From Spirochaetota bacterium (lineage in GTDB: Bacteria > Spirochaetota > UBA12135 > COTS27), in assembly GCA_013426755.1 (NCBI GenBank), contig AP019861.1:1632489-1696488 (forward strand): a DNA stretch of 64,000 bases. Reading direction: 5' to 3'. Numbering within the stretch: position 1 is the first letter of the stretch; every line of letters begins with the position of its first letter. The notes beneath the pieces were generated by a model. The model was not told the origin of the DNA. It worked only from the letters and a program-made list of their open reading frames with translations, and made no database searches. Below are positions 30,020-40,856 of the stretch, piece after piece. The translations under genes and the position numbers were made by a program.

Positions 30020-32278
30020 TCACAACCCCGTGCATTCGGTAGCTGATTGATTGTATTGACGATTGGCGCAGGCGACTATTTTAAGGCGGGGATATTGGTC
30101 GTCAGGTGCAAATTGCCAGATAGCACTGTCCCAGCCTGGATAGGATGTGGCAGATTGGAGCTGCGTTGTCGTTTGTGGGGTCCCTACTGACATATTTTTA
30201 GACTGCTGACCTGTTGTTTCAGTATCCCAGTAAGAATTCCTAACATTCGCAAGATCATTAATTCCAACTAAGCCTTCTAAAGCAGATGCTCCTGTTACAC
30301 GTCCGATCGCGTAGGAATTACTGTCCCTAGAACCACCGTTCTGTCCGATCAAGCCTCCAACCTTAGAAGTTCCTGACACAACAACTGCCGCATAGGAATC
30401 ACTAATCATAGTATTGAAGTCATACCCGACCAAGCCTCCGACTCTCTCACTCAATCCTCCCATTACTCTAACAGAACCTGCCGCATAGGAAATACTGATC
30501 GTAGAATCAGTATTATAACCGACTAAGCCTCCGACATTATTAGCGTTTAATCCTGGTACTGAAACAGAAACTGTCGCATAAGACTTACTGATCGTAGAAT
30601 TAGCATTATACCCAACCAAGCCTCCGACATGACTACTCATTCTTCCTGGTGCTCTGACAGAACCTGTCACATAGGAACTACTGATCGTAGAATTAGCATT
30701 ATAACCGACTAAGCCTCCGACATTATTATTTCCCGTGACATTGACATCCGTTAAACCGCAGTTTTGGATCGTAGCATCTGAAGTATACCCAAATAATCCT
30801 ATATTATCGGTAGTGTCTCTATTAATATAAAGATTGGCAATCTCATTGGTTTCACAGTCAAACGTGCCTGTAAACGGAATATTATTATCTTGATCTGTAT
30901 ACGTACCTATAGGACTAAAGCCACCACTCGTAGAACCCGTTTCACTCCAGGATGCCTGGGAGACACCAAGGTCGATACGTCTGGTGACTCGATAATGGGC
31001 GCTTTTATAAGTGCCTGTATTAGCATTGACTAACCTAGCAACGAGGTCTAGCTTTCTATCGTTATCAATAATGTAAGGATCATCCTCCATCCCTGCTCCT
31101 GAGAGAGCTGCTGCCGCCTCCGTCGTTCTACACTCTGCCGTCGTTACGGTTAGTGGTGTAAAAGTCTCAATCTCAGTACTACCCTCACTTAAAACCAAAG
31201 AAACATTCATATGAGTCCCCACTTCATAAAAACTAACAGCAGGAGTGCTCATAGCTACAAGCCCATAAGTTACTTCGCTCTTCGTTCCGCCGAGCAGAAC
31301 TTCATACGGAGGTGGGAAGACGCCACATTCTTTCAAAGAAATCATATTCATAGCAGGACTAGAAGTGCCTTCTGACAAAAGCAATTCTGTTGCAAGATCG
31401 CCCGCATCCCCACCAAGGAGTCTTAATTGAATCAAATCGCCTAACATTAAGTGAACGTAGTACTTCACAGGTTCACTTCCCGGTGCTGCCGGCATCACTG
31501 TAAAGGTGAGGGCTTCATTGTTTGTAGTATTGATATTTGTAATACCGTCAGGATTGAGTTCGGCGCCCAGTAGAATTGCCATGTCTCCCGTAACTTCGTA
31601 TTCTGCAGGATCAGTTTTGTCTTTTATTATAAGAGTCAAGTCTTCATTGAAACCTGCTTCTTTGTTTTTAATGCCGCTGATGGTAACGACATTGTCACTG
31701 ACTAGAGATACCACCGCATCTTCATACGCAGGATGCCTTCCAGCTGCAAACGTAATATCCTCAGCCACTAACGGCGTACGCATAACAAATTCATTAAGAC
31801 GCACCTCAACGCTATACGTTATCGGTTCTTCATCAACTGGTGTAAGTACAAACTCGGCGTTTTCTACTCTGATCTTTACCGCATTAGTTCCTTCTGGATT
31901 TAACGCAGTCGCAGGAATTATGATAGATGCAGGCTCAACAGCGTAAGCCGCTGGGTCGTCTCTATCAGCAATGCTCACCATCAAGGTCTCGGTCGCAACA
32001 TCCGCTAGATTAGTAATGCCACTAACAACAATCACAGCCCCTTCAATCGTTGCTATAGCCGCAGCGTAGGGCGAAGTTTCGCCGCCTGATGGAACAACTG
32101 TAATATCTCCCACCTCAAGCGGAGAAGGCACCGGTGGTGGCACGACTGCACCCTCATCACTACTGGTTGTCGTGCAGCTGGTCATAATTGTTACACACAG
32201 AAACAAAGTTAAAGCAAACCTATTAAAATTGAGATAGTTTTGACTTATTTTTAGCATTGATTTCTGCAGTGGATTCAT
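30020..32278 (-). CDS. GLUG-repeat lipoprotein, paralog 10 (2 stalk domains)
   Basis: 752 aa; TIMTSC lipobox; GGAGG RBS; third gene of a probable 12-11-10 operon. Confidence 0.93.
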   Translation of the reverse strand: MNPLQKSMLKISQNYLNFNRFALTLFLCVTIMTSCTTTSSDEGAVVPPPVPSPLEVGDITVVPSGGETSPYAAAIATIEGAVIVVSGITNLADVATETLMVSIADRDDPAAYAVEPASIIIPATALNPEGTNAVKIRVENAEFVLTPVDEEPITYSVEVRLNEFVMRTPLVAEDITFAAGRHPAYEDAVVSLVSDNVVTISGIKNKEAGFNEDLTLIIKDKTDPAEYEVTGDMAILLGAELNPDGITNINTTNNEALTFTVMPAAPGSEPVKYYVHLMLGDLIQLRLLGGDAGDLATELLLSEGTSSPAMNMISLKECGVFPPPYEVLLGGTKSEVTYGLVAMSTPAVSFYEVGTHMNVSLVLSEGSTEIETFTPLTVTTAECRTTEAAAALSGAGMEDDPYIIDNDRKLDLVARLVNANTGTYKSAHYRVTRRIDLGVSQASWSETGSTSGGFSPIGTYTDQDNNIPFTGTFDCETNEIANLYINRDTTDNIGLFGYTSDATIQNCGLTDVNVTGNNNVGGLVGYNANSTISSSYVTGSVRAPGRMSSHVGGLVGYNANSTISKSYATVSVSVPGLNANNVGGLVGYNTDSTISISYAAGSVRVMGGLSERVGGLVGYDFNTMISDSYAAVVVSGTSKVGGLIGQNGGSRDSNSYAIGRVTGASALEGLVGINDLANVRNSYWDTETTGQQSKNMSVGTPQTTTQLQSATSYPGWDSAIWQFAPDDQYPRLKIVACANRQYNQSATECTGL

Positions 32279-32320
32279 GAGTATTGCCTCCTAGTAAAGC
32301 ATAGATTCTTAGTAAAAAAA

Positions 32321-34912
32321 TTATAAGCTCGTGCAATCGGTCGGTACAGGTGTAACATATTGACGATTGGCGCAGACGACCGTTTTAAGACGAGGGTACT
32401 GGTTATTGGGTGTAAAAACCCAGATAGCACTGTCCCAGCCTGTATAGGATGTGGCAGATTGGAGCTGCGTTGTCGTTTGTGCTGTCCCGCCAGCACTAGA
32501 CGACTGACTTGTTGCTGTGGTATCCCAGTAAGAATCTGTAACCGTTCCACCACTAATACTTCTTCCAACCAATCCCCCTGTATGAGTATTTCCTGTCACA
32601 CTTCCGATCGCATAGGATGCATTGACCGCACCAGAATTGTTAACCCCAACTAAGCCTCCGACATTAATATTTCCCGAAACAGAGCCTGTCGCATAGGAAT
32701 TACTAACCATAGAATAATTCTGTCCAACTAAGCCTCCCACAGTAGAACCATCTGTTGCTCTCACAGCACCTGATGCATAAGAAGTAGTGATCGTAGAATT
32801 AGTATCATTTCCCCCAACTAAGCCCCCCACAGTATTATTTCCTGTAACAGAGCCTACTACATAGGAATTACTGATCGTAGAGTTAGTGCTATTCCCGACC
32901 AAGCCTCCAATATAAAGACCCATTCCTGTAACAGAGCCTGTCACATAGGAATTATTGATCGTAGAGCTAATATTACTCCCGACCAAGCCTCCGACATAAT
33001 CATCGCCTATAACTTCAACAGCTGTTAGACGACAATTCTCAATCGTTGCATTTGAAACAACACCAAATAACCCGACATTAGCATTGCCACCGTCATTAAT
33101 ATAAAGATTGGCAATCTCATTGTTGTCACAATCAAACTTACCCGAAAACTTAGCACTGAATGTACTCATAGGAGCAAACCCTGGTCCACTAGGAGTAGTA
33201 CTTGTACTTTTTGTTTTACTCCAGGGCGCCTGGGCTATGCCAAGGTCTATGCGCTCGGTCACCTTGTAATAATCATCTCTATAACTGGCTTGATTTTTTA
33301 TTAACTCAGCCATTAAGTTTAATCTTCTATCACTATCGATGATATAAGGATCACCACTCGTTCCTGCTCCTGAGAATGATGTCTGCGTACAAGCTGACGT
33401 AACCAACACTGAGAAAGTTGCTCTCTGAGTATTGCCCTCGGTTAAAACAAAATCTGTTTGAACGCTCGCTACGTATGCATTAACCGTACCTGTAAGCGTA
33501 TAAACCATATTTTCCATCCCGCCGACAAGAACTTGATGCGAAGGTAAACCCGTAACTACGCTACACTCTTTTAAAGTCGCTGTCATACCAGAACTAGACG
33601 TCCCTTCTGAGAGTACGACTTCGGAAGCAAAATCCCCCGCATTCCCACCAAGTAGTCTTAATTGGATCAAATCTCCTAACATCAACCGAACGTAGTACTT
33701 CTCAGAAGCACTCACCGACTGTGCAGCTGTTACCGTGAAACTGAGACCTTCATCATCCATTGCAGTTATTGTTCTGGCTACGCCCGAAGGATTGAGACTT
33801 GCACCTGCCAAGGTTAACGCATTGTCGGCTCTTGTTATTGCAGTACCTTGCTCTGTTACCCTATACGATGAAGAAATCGCAAGCATTAGGTCTACACTAA
33901 ATCCGTCTTCTTTATTTTTAATGCCACTGATGGTAATGACATTGCCCGTGACTGATGAAACCATTGCAGCGCTGTACGCAGGATCGCGTCCGCTATCAAA
34001 CGCAATATCCGCTATCTCAAGCGGCGAAAGTGGCGCTAACGCATCAAGCCGCAACTCAACATTGAACGTCACAGCCGTTCCCCCAGCAGCGACAGGCGTA
34101 AGGACGAAAGCAATATTTGGCACTACAGCATTCACTACGCCTGTTCCACCTGGATTTAACACATTAGCAGGAATTATAACAGATGAAGGTTCAGCCGTGT
34201 AATCAGCAGGAGTATCCGTATCAGCAATACTTACTGTGAGCGTCGTCTCAGTTCTCACCACATCAGCTAGATTAGCAATACCACTAATAACAATCGTATC
34301 GCCCTCAATGGTTGGTGTAGCTGCAGCGTAGGGTGATGTATCCCCGCCTGATGGAGTGATCGTGATATCTTCTACCGCAAACACGGGCAAGAATGGTAGT
34401 GGTGGTGGGGCAACAAACTCAGCAAGACGAACTTCAATACTGTAAGTAATAGTCTCGCTACCAGCAGCAACAGGTGTCAGTACAAACTGAACACCTTCTA
34501 ACCTATTCGCCGCCGCATTAGTGCCGTCTGGATTTAACACAGTCGCAGGAACAACAATAGACGACGGTTCAACTGTATACGTTGCTGGATTGTCTCTATC
34601 CGCAATACTCACCGTCAAGGTCTCGGTCGTAACATCCGCTAGATTAGTAATGCCACTAACAACAATCACAGCCCCTTCAATCGTTGCTATAGCCGCAGCG
34701 TAGGGCGAAGTTTCGCCGCCTGATGGAACAACTGTAACATCTCCCACCTCAAGCGGAGAAGGCACAGGAGGCGGCACACCTGTGCCTTCATCACTACTGG
34801 TTGTCGTGCAGCTGGTCATAATTGTTACACACAGAAACAAAGTTAAAGCAAACCTATTAAAATTGAGATAGTTTTGACTTATTTTTAGCATTGATTTCTG
34901 CAGTGGATTCAT
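32321..34912 (-). CDS. GLUG-repeat lipoprotein, paralog 11 (3 stalk domains)
   Basis: 863 aa; leader identical to paralog 10. Confidence 0.93.
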   Translation of the reverse strand: MNPLQKSMLKISQNYLNFNRFALTLFLCVTIMTSCTTTSSDEGTGVPPPVPSPLEVGDVTVVPSGGETSPYAAAIATIEGAVIVVSGITNLADVTTETLTVSIADRDNPATYTVEPSSIVVPATVLNPDGTNAAANRLEGVQFVLTPVAAGSETITYSIEVRLAEFVAPPPLPFLPVFAVEDITITPSGGDTSPYAAATPTIEGDTIVISGIANLADVVRTETTLTVSIADTDTPADYTAEPSSVIIPANVLNPGGTGVVNAVVPNIAFVLTPVAAGGTAVTFNVELRLDALAPLSPLEIADIAFDSGRDPAYSAAMVSSVTGNVITISGIKNKEDGFSVDLMLAISSSYRVTEQGTAITRADNALTLAGASLNPSGVARTITAMDDEGLSFTVTAAQSVSASEKYYVRLMLGDLIQLRLLGGNAGDFASEVVLSEGTSSSGMTATLKECSVVTGLPSHQVLVGGMENMVYTLTGTVNAYVASVQTDFVLTEGNTQRATFSVLVTSACTQTSFSGAGTSGDPYIIDSDRRLNLMAELIKNQASYRDDYYKVTERIDLGIAQAPWSKTKSTSTTPSGPGFAPMSTFSAKFSGKFDCDNNEIANLYINDGGNANVGLFGVVSNATIENCRLTAVEVIGDDYVGGLVGSNISSTINNSYVTGSVTGMGLYIGGLVGNSTNSTISNSYVVGSVTGNNTVGGLVGGNDTNSTITTSYASGAVRATDGSTVGGLVGQNYSMVSNSYATGSVSGNINVGGLVGVNNSGAVNASYAIGSVTGNTHTGGLVGRSISGGTVTDSYWDTTATSQSSSAGGTAQTTTQLQSATSYTGWDSAIWVFTPNNQYPRLKTVVCANRQYVTPVPTDCTSL

Positions 34913-34929
34913 GAGTATTGCCTCCTAGC

Positions 34930-35067
34930 AAAGCACAGATTCTTAGTAAAAAAAATTATAAGCCCATGCATTCGGTAGCTGCTTGATTGTATTGACGAAA
35001 AGCACAGATTCTTAGTAAAAAAAATTATAAGCCCATGCATTCGGTAGCTGCTTGATTGTATTGACGA
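34930..35067. repeat. 69-bp direct tandem duplication of the paralog 12 3' end plus downstream sequence
   Basis: aaagcacagattcttagt...ttataagcccatgcattcggtagctgcttgattgtattgacga at 34930 and 34999. Confidence 0.9.
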
Positions 35068-37610
35068 TTGGCGCAGACGACTGTTTCAAGACGGGGGTAC
35101 TGGTTATTGGGTGTAAACTGCCAGATAGCACTGTCCCAGCCTGTATAGGATGTGGCAGATTGGAGCTGCGTTGTCGTTTGACTTGTCCCGCCAGCACTAC
35201 CCGATTGACCCGTTGCTGTGGTATCCCAGTAAGAGCTTGTAACCATACCACTATTCACCCCGACCAAGCCTCCTGTTGTTATAGCACCGTCTACAAACCC
35301 AGACGAGTAGGAAGCACTGATCCTAGCACTATTACTATTCCTTCCGACCAAGCCTCCTGCGTCATCAATTCCCTGCACTCTAGATGCTGCGTAGGAATCA
35401 GTGATAGTCGATGCAGAACCAGTATTTACCCCAACCAGGCCTCCAACACCACTATCCACCGCTGTACTACTGGGCGATTCTTCTACAGAGCCCGCTGCAT
35501 AAGAAGTCTTGATCGTGCCTTCGATATTATGCCCAACTAAGCCTCCTACTATATATATTCCAGCGACATCACCATTTACGTAGGAATTACTGACTGTAGA
35601 ACCACTATTTATTCCGACGAGACCTCCTACATTGCTCCTGGAACTATCAAATCCTCTGACAGAACCTGTCACATAAGAACTAGTCACCATAGTAGAACCC
35701 GTACTCTGACCGATGAGCCCTCCTACATCAGACCCCCCTGCAACTTTAACATCTGCTAAACGGCAGTCCTGAATCATAGCCCCTGAAGTATAGCCAAATA
35801 ACCCGATGTCCGCAGTAGTTCTTCTATTAATATAAAGATTAGCGATCACTTTTTCATCACAGTCAAACGTGCCTGCGAAATTAGTACCATCCCTACCGAT
35901 AGGCATAAATCCTGAACCACTAGTCCCACTGCTTATCTCACTCCAAGGGGCCTGGGCGACACCAAGGTCGATACGCTCAGCCACTCTATAATGGGCTGTT
36001 CTATAGTTACCCGTATTAGAATTGACTAACTCAGCAACTAAGTTTAACTTTCTATCGTTATCGATGATGTAAGGAGTACCACTCGCTCCCGTTCCTGAAA
36101 GTGCTGCCTGCGTACAAGGTGAGCTAATAGACAGTGGAAATGTCAGGCTCAAACTACCTTGACTTAAAACAAAATTCGTCTGAGCGCTCGCTACGTATGC
36201 ATTAACCGTACCCGTAAGCGTATAAGCTGTACTGACCGATCCGCCGACGAGAACTTGATGCGAAGGTGAACCCGTAACTACCCCACAATCTTTTAAAGTC
36301 GCTGTCATACCAGGACTGGACGTCCCTTCTGAGAGTACGACTTCGGACGCAAAGTCCCCCGCATTCCCACCAAGGAGTCTTAATTGGATCAAATCTCCTA
36401 ACATCAACTGAACGTAGTATTTCTCAGAAGCACTCTCCTGTCCTCCTGCAGAGGTTACCGTAAAACTGAGACTTTCATTGTCCATTGCAGTTGTTGTGCT
36501 TGCGACACCTGTCGGATTGAGACTTGCACCTGCTAAAATTAGCGTATTGTCTGTTCCTGTTATCGTAGTGCCGCGATCTGTTACCCTATACGATGAAGAA
36601 ATCGTAAGCATTAGGTCTGCACTAAATCCGTCTTCTTTGTTTTTAATGCCACTGATGGCAATGACATTGCCCACGATTGATGAAACCATTGCTGAGACGT
36701 ACGCAGGATCGCGTCCGCTATCAAACGCAATATCCGCTATCTCAAGCGGCGGAAGTGCCGTTAACCCGTCAAGTCGCAACTCAACATTAAACGTCACAGC
36801 CGTTCCCCCAACAGCGACAGGTGTAAGAACGAATGCAACACCAGGCACTGCAACACTCATTCCGCCTATTCCATTTGGATTTAACACATTAGCAGGAATC
36901 GTCACAGACGAAGGTTCAGCCGTGTAATCAGCAGGACTGTCCGTATCAGCAATACTTACTGTGAGCGTCTCAGTTCTCACCACATCAGCTAGATTAGCAA
37001 TACCACTAATAATAATTGTATCGCCCTCAATAGTTGGTGTAGCTGCGGCGTACAGTGAAGTGTCGCCACCTGATGGAGTGATCGTGATGTCTTCTACCGC
37101 AAACGCAGGTAAACGTGACGGCGGCGCAACGAACTCAGCCAAACGAACTTCAATACTATAAGTAATAGCCTCGCTACCAGCAGCAACAGGTGTCAGTACA
37201 AACTGAACACCTTCTAACCTATTCGCCACCGCAGCAGTGCCGTCTGGATTTAACGCAGTCGCAGGAACAACAATAGACGACGGTTCAACTGTATACGTTG
37301 CTGGATTGTCTCTATCCGCAATGCTCAAAGTCAAAGTTTCAGACCTAGCATCCGCTAGATTAGTAATACCACTAACAACGATCACAGCCCCTTCAATCGT
37401 TGCTATAGCCGCAGCGTAGGGCGAAGTTTCGCCGCCTGATGGAACAACTGTAATATCCCCCACCTCAAGCGGAGAGGGCACCGATGGTTCACTACTGGTT
37501 GTCGTGCAGCTGGTCATAATTGTTATACATAAAAACAAAATTAAAGCAAACCTATTAAAATTGAGGTAGCCTTGACTTATTTTTAGCATTGATTTCTGTA
37601 ATGGATTCAT
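35025..37610 (-). CDS. GLUG-repeat lipoprotein, paralog 12 (3 stalk domains)
   Basis: 861 aa; TIMTSC lipobox; GLUG head. Confidence 0.93.
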   Translation of the reverse strand: MNPLQKSMLKISQGYLNFNRFALILFLCITIMTSCTTTSSEPSVPSPLEVGDITVVPSGGETSPYAAAIATIEGAVIVVSGITNLADARSETLTLSIADRDNPATYTVEPSSIVVPATALNPDGTAAVANRLEGVQFVLTPVAAGSEAITYSIEVRLAEFVAPPSRLPAFAVEDITITPSGGDTSLYAAATPTIEGDTIIISGIANLADVVRTETLTVSIADTDSPADYTAEPSSVTIPANVLNPNGIGGMSVAVPGVAFVLTPVAVGGTAVTFNVELRLDGLTALPPLEIADIAFDSGRDPAYVSAMVSSIVGNVIAISGIKNKEDGFSADLMLTISSSYRVTDRGTTITGTDNTLILAGASLNPTGVASTTTAMDNESLSFTVTSAGGQESASEKYYVQLMLGDLIQLRLLGGNAGDFASEVVLSEGTSSPGMTATLKDCGVVTGSPSHQVLVGGSVSTAYTLTGTVNAYVASAQTNFVLSQGSLSLTFPLSISSPCTQAALSGTGASGTPYIIDNDRKLNLVAELVNSNTGNYRTAHYRVAERIDLGVAQAPWSEISSGTSGSGFMPIGRDGTNFAGTFDCDEKVIANLYINRRTTADIGLFGYTSGAMIQDCRLADVKVAGGSDVGGLIGQSTGSTMVTSSYVTGSVRGFDSSRSNVGGLVGINSGSTVSNSYVNGDVAGIYIVGGLVGHNIEGTIKTSYAAGSVEESPSSTAVDSGVGGLVGVNTGSASTITDSYAASRVQGIDDAGGLVGRNSNSARISASYSSGFVDGAITTGGLVGVNSGMVTSSYWDTTATGQSGSAGGTSQTTTQLQSATSYTGWDSAIWQFTPNNQYPRLETVVCANRQYNQAATECMGL

Positions 37611-37693
37611 GAGTGTTCTCTCCTGATATCATTTGGAATTGTTTTTTTTTACATATCTGCATTGTCTAACGGTCAGACAAATGTTATACAATT

Positions 37694-37722
37694 AGTATAA
37701 CATTAAATACCCGCCTGGACAA
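37694..37722 (-). promoter_or_regulatory. sigma70-type promoter for paralogs 12-11-10
   Basis: TTGTCC-17bp-TATACT, extended -10 TG. Confidence 0.68.
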
Positions 37723-37751
37723 GTAAAATTTTGTAAATTTTACAGACAAAT

Positions 37752-37784
37752 ACTACGTTTCCCTTATTTTAAGGGAAACGTAGT
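37752..37784. repeat. 15-bp-stem inverted repeat downstream of paralog 13
   Basis: actacgtttccctta-ttt-taagggaaacgtagt. Confidence 0.88.
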
Positions 37785-37863
37785 GGTGAGAAATCACTTC
37801 TAGGGGGTAAGAATTGGCTTCCTCCCCCAAAGTGATTTTTATTTAAAGAATCTATTCAAAGAA

Positions 37864-40683
37864 TCACAATCCCGCGCAGCCGGTAGCTGATTGACTGTAT
37901 TGACGATTGGCACAGACGACCGTTTTAAGACGGGGGTACTGGCCATTGGGTGCAAATTGCCAGATATTGCTATCCCATCCCGTGATTGCTGTGTTGCCCT
38001 TAAGTTCTGTTTCACTTAATCCTGTTAATCTACTCGTCGTCCTACTAGAGTCACCATCTGTATCACTACCTACGCCTTTCTCCATTGAGCGATCACCGCT
38101 ATTCGTCGTAAGAATAGCATTCCTATTATAATAGGAATTCGTTACACCTGTATAATTGGTGACTCCGCCGATTGCATTTCTACCGATAAAGAGTCCTACA
38201 TTTGTACTTCCTGTTCCTGTTACATTTCCGATCGCATAGGAAAAATTAATCGTAGTATTATCATTCACCCCAACCAAACCTCCGATATGGTCTTTTCCTG
38301 TAACAGAAATTGCTGCGTAGGAATTACTGATCACAGAGATATCCTCACTTCTCCCAATTAATCCGCCTACTACATTACCCATTCCTGTTATAGTACCTGT
38401 CGCATAGGAACTATTGATCGTAGCATTATCGTTAAGCCCAATCAAGCCTCCTGCAGCACTTAGAGTTGTATTGTTTGCTGTTACAGTCACATTCGCATAA
38501 GAATCACTCACCATAGAGTTACTGCCGTTCAACCCGACCAAGCCGCCTACATAACTATCTCCTGTGATAGTACCGATCATATAGGAATTACTGATCATAG
38601 AGTTATTGTTACCCCCGACCAAACCGCCTACAAATACAACTCCTGAAAGAGTGCCCGTCACATGGGAACGACTGATCGTACTATTCTCAGCCCTACCGAC
38701 CAAGCCGCCGACATAATTTTTCCCCCTCACATTAACAGCTGTTAGAACGCAGTTCTGAATCGTCGCATTCGAAACATAACCGAACAATCCCACATTACTA
38801 CTAGTTCCTCTATTAATATAAAGATTAGCAATCTCATTATTATCACAGTCAAACGTGCCTTGGAAAATAACACCAAAGACCGGCCTACCTATACGAGTAA
38901 ATCCTGATCCTTCACTCCAAGGCGCCCCAGTTACTCCAAGGTCTATTCGCCTAGTCACCTTGTAGTGAGCACTACTATAAGAATCCCCATCACTGTTCAT
39001 TGATGCAGTATGGACTAATTGAGCGACTAAGTCTAACCTTCTATTATTATCGATAATATAAGGATCGCCATCGACTCCCGTTCCTTCAAAATCTACTTCC
39101 GTACAAGCTGACGTTGTCACACTTAGGGATGGAAAAGTCGCTCGCTCAGTACTTCCCTCACTTAAAACCAGAGAAACATTCATATAAGTTCCCATCGCAT
39201 ATGAATTAACAGCAGGATCGCTCATAACCGTAAGTGTATAAGCTGTTGTACTTTTCGTTCCACCAATAAAAACTTCATATGGAGGTGGAAACATACCACA
39301 ATTTTTTATTGCAATCACAGTTGAACTAGAAGTTCCTTCTGATAACAGTAGTTCTGTCGCAAGATCCCCCGCATCACCGCCGAGGAGTTTTAATTGGATC
39401 AAATCGCCTAACATTAATCGAACGTAGTATTTCTCAGAAGCACTTTCCTGTCCTCCTGCAGAGGTTACCGCAAAACTGAGACTTTCATCATTCATTGCAG
39501 TTGTTGTGCTGGCTACGCCCGAAGGATTGAGACTTGCACCTGCCAAGGTTATCGCATTGTCTGCTCCTGTTATCGCACTACCTCGCTCTGTTACCCTATA
39601 CGATGAAGAAATCGTAAGCATTAGGTCTGCACTAAATCTGTTTTCTTTATTTTTAATACCACTGAGGGTAATAACATTGCCCGTGATTGATGAAACCATT
39701 GCAGCGCTGTACGCAGGATGGCTTCCAGCTGCAATTGTAATATCCGCTACTTCAAGCGGCGGAGGTGGTGCTAACGCGTCAAGCCGCAACTCAACATTGA
39801 ACGTCACAGCTGTTCCCCCAGCAGCGACAGGCGTAAGAACGAATGCGACATTTGGCACTGCAACACTCATTCCGTTTATTCCATCTGGATTTAATACATT
39901 AGCAGGAATCGTTACAGACGAAGGTTCAGCCGTGTAATCAGCAGGGCTGTCTCTATCGGCAATACTTACCGTAAGCGTCTCACTTCGCAATGTATCATCT
40001 CTATTAGTAATACCACTAATAATGATTGTATCGCCCTCAATGGTTGGTGTAGCCGCAGCGTAGGGTGATGTGTCCCCGCCTGATGGAGTGATCGTGATGT
40101 CTTCTACCGCAAACACAGGCAAAAGCACCGGCGGTGCAACAAACTCAGCCAAACGGACTTCAATACTGTAAGTAATAGCCTCGCTACCAGCAGCAACAGG
40201 CGTCAGTACGAACTGAACACCTTCTAACCTATTCGTTACCGCATTAGTGCCGTCTGGGTTTAACACAGTCGCAGGAATTATGGTAGACGGAGGTTCAACA
40301 GCGTAAGCCGCTGGGTCGTCTCTATCAGCAATGCTCAAAGTCAAAGTCTCGGCCGTAGCATCCGCTAGATTAGTAATACCACTGATAACGATCACAGAGC
40401 CTTCGATGGTTACTGTCGCCGCAGCATAGGGCGAATTCTCGCCACCTGATAGAGTAGTCGTAATGTCTCCTACTTCAAGTGGAGAAGCTACCGGTGGTGG
40501 AACTGGTGGTGAAGTTTCCATATTATCGCTAGTGTTTGATGTTGTACAGCCGATAAGAAATATTGTCATAGTATAGAGAACTACTAAAGCAAACTTATAT
40601 GCACTTTTGCCCTTACCCAATCTATCTTTGAGATTGAAATGAATTTGACGCATTTTTAACGTCAATTTAGGTAATGATTTCAT
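37864..40683 (-). CDS. GLUG-repeat lipoprotein, paralog 13 (3 stalk domains)
   Basis: 939 aa; long N-region, IFLIGC lipobox; AGGAGG RBS. Confidence 0.93.
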   Translation of the reverse strand: MKSLPKLTLKMRQIHFNLKDRLGKGKSAYKFALVVLYTMTIFLIGCTTSNTSDNMETSPPVPPPVASPLEVGDITTTLSGGENSPYAAATVTIEGSVIVISGITNLADATAETLTLSIADRDDPAAYAVEPPSTIIPATVLNPDGTNAVTNRLEGVQFVLTPVAAGSEAITYSIEVRLAEFVAPPVLLPVFAVEDITITPSGGDTSPYAAATPTIEGDTIIISGITNRDDTLRSETLTVSIADRDSPADYTAEPSSVTIPANVLNPDGINGMSVAVPNVAFVLTPVAAGGTAVTFNVELRLDALAPPPPLEVADITIAAGSHPAYSAAMVSSITGNVITLSGIKNKENRFSADLMLTISSSYRVTERGSAITGADNAITLAGASLNPSGVASTTTAMNDESLSFAVTSAGGQESASEKYYVRLMLGDLIQLKLLGGDAGDLATELLLSEGTSSSTVIAIKNCGMFPPPYEVFIGGTKSTTAYTLTVMSDPAVNSYAMGTYMNVSLVLSEGSTERATFPSLSVTTSACTEVDFEGTGVDGDPYIIDNNRRLDLVAQLVHTASMNSDGDSYSSAHYKVTRRIDLGVTGAPWSEGSGFTRIGRPVFGVIFQGTFDCDNNEIANLYINRGTSSNVGLFGYVSNATIQNCVLTAVNVRGKNYVGGLVGRAENSTISRSHVTGTLSGVVFVGGLVGGNNNSMISNSYMIGTITGDSYVGGLVGLNGSNSMVSDSYANVTVTANNTTLSAAGGLIGLNDNATINSSYATGTITGMGNVVGGLIGRSEDISVISNSYAAISVTGKDHIGGLVGVNDNTTINFSYAIGNVTGTGSTNVGLFIGRNAIGGVTNYTGVTNSYYNRNAILTTNSGDRSMEKGVGSDTDGDSSRTTSRLTGLSETELKGNTAITGWDSNIWQFAPNGQYPRLKTVVCANRQYSQSATGCAGL

Positions 40684-40796
40684 AAATTTATCCTCCTGTG
40701 ATGATTTAGATTTGATTTTTAGATTTGATTTTTAGATAATTGTACTTTAAATGGTTAAATAATTGTTGTTATAGTTAGCATGTAACTCATACGATT

Positions 40797-40825
40797 AATA
40801 CAACATAAAACACTCGTTTTGGCAA
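40797..40825 (-). promoter_or_regulatory. sigma70-type promoter for paralog 13 (weakened -10)
   Basis: TTGCCA-17bp-TGTATT; surrounding sequence nearly identical to 29852-29880, which has TATATT. Confidence 0.55.
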
Positions 40826-40856
40826 GTATTTTTTGCAAAATTGACTAAAAAACTGC

